NCBI GenBank assembly: GCA_030390025.1
Contig: CM059432.1
Span: 20,648,001-20,712,000, forward strand
Source of the DNA: Squalus acanthias
Taxonomy: Eukaryota
Length of the DNA stretch: 64,000 nt
Direction: 5' to 3'
The translations under genes and the position numbers were made by a program. Positions within the stretch are counted from its first letter, which is position 1; each line of letters opens with the position of its first letter. Below, piece by piece: positions 57,949 through 64,000 of this stretch. Under the pieces are notes generated by a model. That model saw nothing but the letters and a program-made list of their open reading frames with translations. It was not told where the DNA came from and ran no database searches.

Positions 57949-59686
57949 TCTATCGTTCTTCACATAGATTTAACTGTGACAAATGTATTTTCTGTCATCT
58001 TCTGGTTCTGCCAGCAACCACTCTTGTACTAGCTTAACAACTGCAAGCAGACAGCATCTCTGGGCTAGCAAAGTCAATCTGGCATATATATAGTGCCTTT
58101 CATGACCTCAAGATGTCCCAAAGCGCTTTGTAGGCAATGAATTACTTTTGAAGTGTAGTCACTGTTATAATATTGTAGTGTAATGCTGTTAAGAGAGTCT
58201 ACTCATGATTATATTGCATGGAAAAATCACATACAAATCAAAAGTAGTTTCAACTTTTGGATCCCTGATTCTTGTTTTCTCACTACAATTGGAACCTATC
58301 AGCTTTGTTTATTCACCCACAATGACAGCGCTGACGTGCAATGATGTGACATGTTGGTGCAGTGCCCAATGTAGTAGGAAATCTGCCTCAACGTGCAATT
58401 TTCTTCACAGCAACCCCAGTCATAGATGTAGCACCAGGGCAGTGCTAAATGGAACACAGGAGGTGCTCAACAGGCAGGTGGGGGAAAAGATCAGATGGAT
58501 GAACACTTCCTGTTGGCAAAGGTCAAGTGCTGCATTCAAAGATCATCTGTCTTGGATGGAGAGTAGCATGTGGTCCAGGGAGATCTAAAGATGAAGGTAG
58601 AAAATTAAAATAGAAAGGAATGGAATGTGGTAGCAATGATAGATTGATGGACTGATGGATTGCCAGTCAGAATGGGCTCAGAAACTTCTAAAAGAACATC
58701 TTATTGAAGACAGGGATTACAATTACTAGATGAGAATCCAACACGCGGTGCTATCAGGTTTTCAATTCAATAAAGTACAGTTCTATTCCCTTGTGGACGT
58801 TCCACTTCATAATTCACAAGTCGGACGAAAGGAGCCTTGCTCCCAGATTGATGATGTGTCACAGCACTCTTTTTCTCAGTTACATACGAGAGGCATTCTT
58901 GAGGAAGTTTTGCTCTTGTGGAACATTTCTGACGGACAGACTTGGCAAGGTTCACTGCTCATGTGAATGGAATACAACTTTCAACCAATTACAGAGACAA
59001 AATTAGACTTGCACCTCATTTTCTTTCTTTTCTTTTAAAAGCATATCTCGGGCAAAACACTTGAGGTGAAGCTGTGTGGCCTACCACATGAATTAGGGAT
59101 ACGTCAAAGGCCCATCTTTGGTATGACTCTTCAAGCAATGTTAACTGTTGGCGAATTAAATGCTATTGGACAAAAGAAAGTATATCAGGTTCCAATTGAG
59201 GACCTGTCCTTCTCTGAGCTGTGCTTTCTGCATCACTGTGCATCTATTATGGCTATTGAATTACAATTTGTATTCATGAGTTTCTATTCCAGATTCATAA
59301 TATATAGCTTTTAAACTAAACATCGTATTTATTGCAATTTCCCCTTCATTGCTTGAACTGTTGGAGAATGCCAATACCATTATGGTATCGATAATATTTC
59401 CTCCAATCCAGAGGCAAAACTACAAGGGGAATGAGGAACATGTCTCCCTGTCAAAATTGTTGTCGCCATGGGTTATGTTCCTGTTTTAAATCCTGGAATT
59501 GCACCAAATGTCTCCCAACCCTTTACACATCGCTACATCTCTGCTCCAAACAGCTCAGCTATCAATCTGCTGAAATTAAAGGACACCGAACAATGATGTT
59601 TCAGTATTCATGGATGTCGAGCCTGACATGGTACTTCCCATTCATAAATAATACATTTCAAATTGCTTGTCACAGTCGGTGATCTA

Positions 59687-59734
59687 AAGTATTTGAGTAT
59701 AAATCTACAAGTATTTGAGTATAAATCTACAAGT
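59687..59734. repeat. 22-bp perfect tandem duplication
   Basis: aagtatttgagtataaatctac occurs twice, followed by aagt. Confidence 0.9.
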
Positions 59735-59784
59735 TGGTCTCAACTGAGGAAAGCTCAGTAGTCATAATTGAGACACTTGAGGCA

Positions 59785-60300
59785 GGTTTGGGGGTACTAA
59801 CAGCACAGTATTTTGGGGGTTATTAAGAACACAGTATTTTGGGTACAAACAGCACAACATTTGTATATTAACAGCAAAGTAGTTGGGATATTAACAGTGC
59901 AGTACTTTGAACATTAGCACTTATTTGGAGTTTTAAAAAATTTGTTTATGGGATGTGGGCGTCGCTGGCTAGGCCAGCATTTATTGCCCATCCCTAATTG
60001 CCCTTGTGAAGATGGTGGTGAGCCACCTTCTTGAACCGCTGCAGTCCGTGTGGTGAAGGTACAGAACAGTGTTTGAAGAGTATTAGCAGCAGAGTATTTT
60101 GTGTATTCACTGCATCGTATCTGGAGGGCACCATCCGCACAATATTTGGGTACATTAACAGCATAGTATTTGGATGGTTATTAAAAGCACAGTGCTTGGA
60201 GATTTATTAACTGCATCATATTTGCAGGGCATTTTAAGCAGGAGGGGTATTATTAACACAGTATTTAGTGGGCATTATAACTAAACAGTATTTGTTGTAT
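59785..60300. repeat. Degenerate ~22-26-bp minisatellite interrupted by a LINE 3' end (59935-60062, -)
   Basis: Recurrent unit resembling tttggg.tattaacagcacagta. Confidence 0.65.
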
Positions 60301-62324
60301 TTAAAAAAAGTGTTGAACTGAAATGTAAAACTTCTCCAAGTTGGATGGAAAACTTTACTTTTGCGTGCACTTTCTCCCCCCAATTCTTGCAACAACAGGA
60401 AAAATAAGTTAACCCTCGGCATCATCTTGCAGTCTGATCCAGCCTATACTATATTTAATGAGATGGATGTATGCTGAATTAGATTTTTCCAGCTGATTGC
60501 TGTATTCCTGGGAAGTAAAGCAGTTCATCATACTAATGAAGGGAAACAATGTCCCACTTTATTATTCAGTGTATTTCTCAACATGAAGATATATCACACC
60601 CACGAAAAGAAATACAAAATCTTATAAACTTGCTTCAAGACCAGAAGGCCACAGATTCGAGTTTTAGAGATGACTAATTTGCATTTCATGAGCTTTGTCA
60701 ATTTGCAGACATGCAAGTGGAGCAGCGATGTGGAAGATAGCACCCCAACACCCAATATAATTTAGAGGCACTGTGGCCCAGTAGAGGGCAATTGACAAAA
60801 CTTTGTAATGAGTTCAATAAAATCATTCATTGATGGACCCATGGCTTCTGAATCGCAGACTTCATTGGTTCAGTAAACACACCAGACCTGACTTGAACAG
60901 AATATGTCGTGTTGCAAAAACAGAAAAAATAGAAAAGAAAGACTTGCATTTATATAGTGCCTTTCATGGCCTCATGACACCCCAAAGCGCTTTACAGCCA
61001 ATGAAGTACTTTTGAAGTGTCGTCACTATTGTAATGTGGGAAACACGGCAGCGAATTTGCGCACAGCGAGGTCCCACTTTCTTACTTTCTTCTTTGCTTA
61101 ATTGTTACATCTGAAGTTGGTTTGGAAAAAATGGTGGGCCATGCCACTGGCACAGTGGGCAAATGCATCACGTGGCATGATACTGAGTTATACAGGCCTG
61201 GATTGTCTGATGCTTTGTTTGCAGCGAGTTATCAGCTGGGAGAATGGTGGTGCTGCTACAATTGGCCTCGGTGTTCCTGATTTTGGCAGGACAAAAATTC
61301 AGCTAGAGTTCCCTTTGTGTGTGCAGTGACTCCTGCTGCAAAGGCCATATGTGTAGACATCAATGGGCTTGGCTGTGATACTCCAAATGCTCAAATAGTC
61401 TGCTGATGAATGCTGACAGTAGGCTAGGCTCAAGCTTATCCAGCTGTAAAGGCGAGGCTAGCAGTGCACAACTCACCATCTTCAGAAGTAAAAGGAACAA
61501 ACAATTGTTGGGGCAGGAAGAGTTAATAAAAACAAAACCATGGGAGATCAAAAACTTAGAACCCCTTGTAAATAAAAATCAGTGTCCTTGCAGACCAAAA
61601 TGAGCAGAGATTAGAATTGGTTAGGTCCAGTTCTCTTGGTTATGCAGCATATCAAGAGGAGGTTAACGCTCCCAATAAAAACGAAAGAAATAAGTCTCCT
61701 AGGTTATTGGCATTGTATCTTTAACTGGAAGAAAACAAAGCCTTGGTTTCTGTATTTCTATTTATCAAAGAGCTCTGGATGCTTAATGTCAGTCAGAAGA
61801 AACTACACTCTTTTCAATTAAATAATTCAACAGTTTTAGTATAAGATGGATCTCCTCCCATTGGCAAATTGAGAAAATTATCTGGCATGTGCTTTAATAT
61901 TACTGGCAACTTACCAAGGCAATTAAATATTCATTTTTTAATTAACATACACCAACTTTACTTAAGCTTAAAAAAAAATTGCCTCTGGTTTGCAACTTTA
62001 ATTTACTCAGTAGGAATTTTTGCCTTTGGAATCAGAAACTTTACTTTTGCTTCTATTTATTCCTGTTATCTCAGTTGTGCATGAAAGTAGCCAGAAGGCA
62101 CTGGAGCTCCTGCGTTTTGACATCAGTGGAGCTCAGTTAGCTTTGTACGTAGAACGTAATGTGAATAATATAGTTCCTAAAATTGTTAGAGAACACTGAA
62201 CCCAAATTTACTAATTAAATTCCGTTCAGTCCAGTAGTGTTTCATTTCCCTGCTAGCTCTGTTGCTAAGTGCATCTTTCAAAGTAAAGCACTTACCAACT
62301 GCAACAGTTGGCACTAACCCTCCA

Positions 62325-62575
62325 TAAACTTCAGCTCATCCAAAACTCTGCTGCCCATATTTTAACTTGCACCAAGTCCAGTTCACCCATCATCTGTGCT
62401 CTCTGACCTATATTGGCTCCTGGTCTGGCAATGCTTCAAATGTAAAATTCTCATCCTTGCATTGAAATCCCCCTGAGGCCTTGCCCCTGCCAATCTCTGT
62501 AACCTCCTCCAGCCCTACAACCCTCGGAGATCTCTGCGCTCCTCCCATTCTGACCTCTTCCGCATCCCCGATTTG
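62325..62575 (+). mobile_element. L2-like fragment
   Basis: Reverse complement of the 55830-56060 region (caaaactctgctgcc...tgtaacctcctccagccctacaacc). Confidence 0.75.
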
Positions 62576-63119
62576 GCGATTTGACATTTTCCAATTTGCA
62601 AGTTTCCCCAATATCTCACTAGCTTTGTAAGATTTTGGTTTAGTGCATCTCATTAAACTGCGTATGGAGATGGTGTCTGATGTGGTCGGTATTGTTTTAC
62701 TTGTTACTCCTGTGCACTATCAAAACATCAAACAAGAGATGATTAATATAATTTCATGTACTTACAGGCAGTTCCCCCATGGGTGATGCTGATGGTAAGG
62801 CAGAGGATACTCTGTCTTGTAACCGTATACCCTGTGGCACATAATGTATATTCTGCTTTTAAAGCCACATGGTCCAATTGCTGGGTCTTCCTAATGTCAA
62901 TTAGAGTCTAATTATTCTTAAACAGATCCTGAAGTAAATTAAAGGTTGAAAGAAACCATCTGGTAGTGACTGGCTTTCTTTCTTTTTATTCTACTTATTT
63001 TTAAAAAGTGTGACACAGAAGCTTGCATCTGTGTCAAAGAATGGTAACTGAAGTACACACAATGCCTCAAAGCTTTGACATATGCTAGCAGAGCCCCATG
63101 GCATTTTTCACAAGTGAGT

Positions 63120-64000
63120 CATAAGAACATAAGGACATAAGAAATAGGAGCAGGAATAGGCCACTTGGCCCCTCGAGCCTGCTCCGCCATTCAATAAGAT
63201 CACGGCTGATCTTGGGCTCAAAGCCACTTCCCTGCCCGCTACCCATAACCCTTCACTCCCTTATCTTGCAAAAATCTGTCTATCTCCACCTTAAATGTAT
63301 TTAATGACCCAGCCTCCACGGCTCTCTGGGGCAGAGAATTCCACAGATTTACGACCCTCTGAGAGAAGAAATTCCTTTATTCTGAAACTATGCCCCCGAG
63401 TTCTAGATTTCCCCATGAGGGGAAACATCCTCTCTGCATCTACCTTGTTGAGCCCCCTCAGTAACTTATATGTTTCAATAAGATCACCTCTCATTCTTCT
63501 AAATTCCAATGAGTATAGACCCAACCTGCTCAACCTTTCTTCATAAGTCAACCCCCTCATCTCTGGAATTAACCTAGTGAATCATCTCTGAACTGCCTCC
63601 AATGCAAGTATATCCTTCCTTAAATAAGGAGACCAAAACTGTACGCAGTACTCAAGGTGTGGTCTCACCAATACCCTGTACAGTTGTAGCAGGACTTCCC
63701 TGCTTTTATATTCCAACCCCCTTGCAATAAAGGCCAACATTCCATTTGCCTTTTTGATTACTTGCTGTACCTGCATGCTAACTTTTTGTGTTTCATGAAT
63801 AAGGACCCCCAGGTCCCTCTGAACTGTAGCATTTTGTAGTCTCACTCCATTTAAATAATAATTTGCTTTTTTATTTTTCCTGCCGAAGTGGATAACCTCG
63901 CACTTTCCCACATTATACTCCATCTGCCAAATATTTGCCCACTCACTTAGCCTGTCTATATCCCTTTGCAGATTCTTTGAGTCTTCTGCACAACTTGCTT
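63120..64000 (-). mobile_element. CR1 3' portion running off the window end
   Basis: ORFs 63582-63923 and 63291-63560 plus (cataagaa)n tail. Confidence 0.92.

Noticed and set aside
59785..60300. Regularly spaced repeats resembling a CRISPR array
   Set aside because: Degenerate tandem units without unique spacers, in vertebrate DNA with no cas genes: a minisatellite.

Overview
Eukaryotic genomic DNA, most likely from a cartilaginous fish (inferred from the CR1/L2/Deu-SINE/Penelope repeat content). The window holds the 5' end of the adhesion GPCR gene ADGRB1 (BAI1) on the + strand. There is a CpG-rich, transposon-free promoter/5'UTR zone (about 3.3-11.2 kb) and the first coding exon (ATG 9308, phase-1 donor after 10040). 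More than 54 kb of intron follows, in which I could not find the next (TSR) exon. The intron is filled with CR1 LINEs (one nearly intact copy), L2 and other LINE fragments, tRNA-derived SINEs, Penelope termini with minimal hammerhead motifs, and non-autonomous PIF/Harbinger-like elements. Best leads: (1) an ~850-bp non-coding transposon family (5 copies, 3 subfamilies) whose internal hairpins show paired compensatory changes and which carries a conserved splice-signal cassette; (2) a 1.7-kb palindrome made of two of those elements inserted one 8-bp repeat unit apart; (3) a -1 slippery heptamer at the ORF1/ORF2 junction of both long CR1 copies; (4) a uORF whose stop overlaps the ADGRB1 start (ATGA). 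All calls are by eye; repeat boundaries and family names are approximate.
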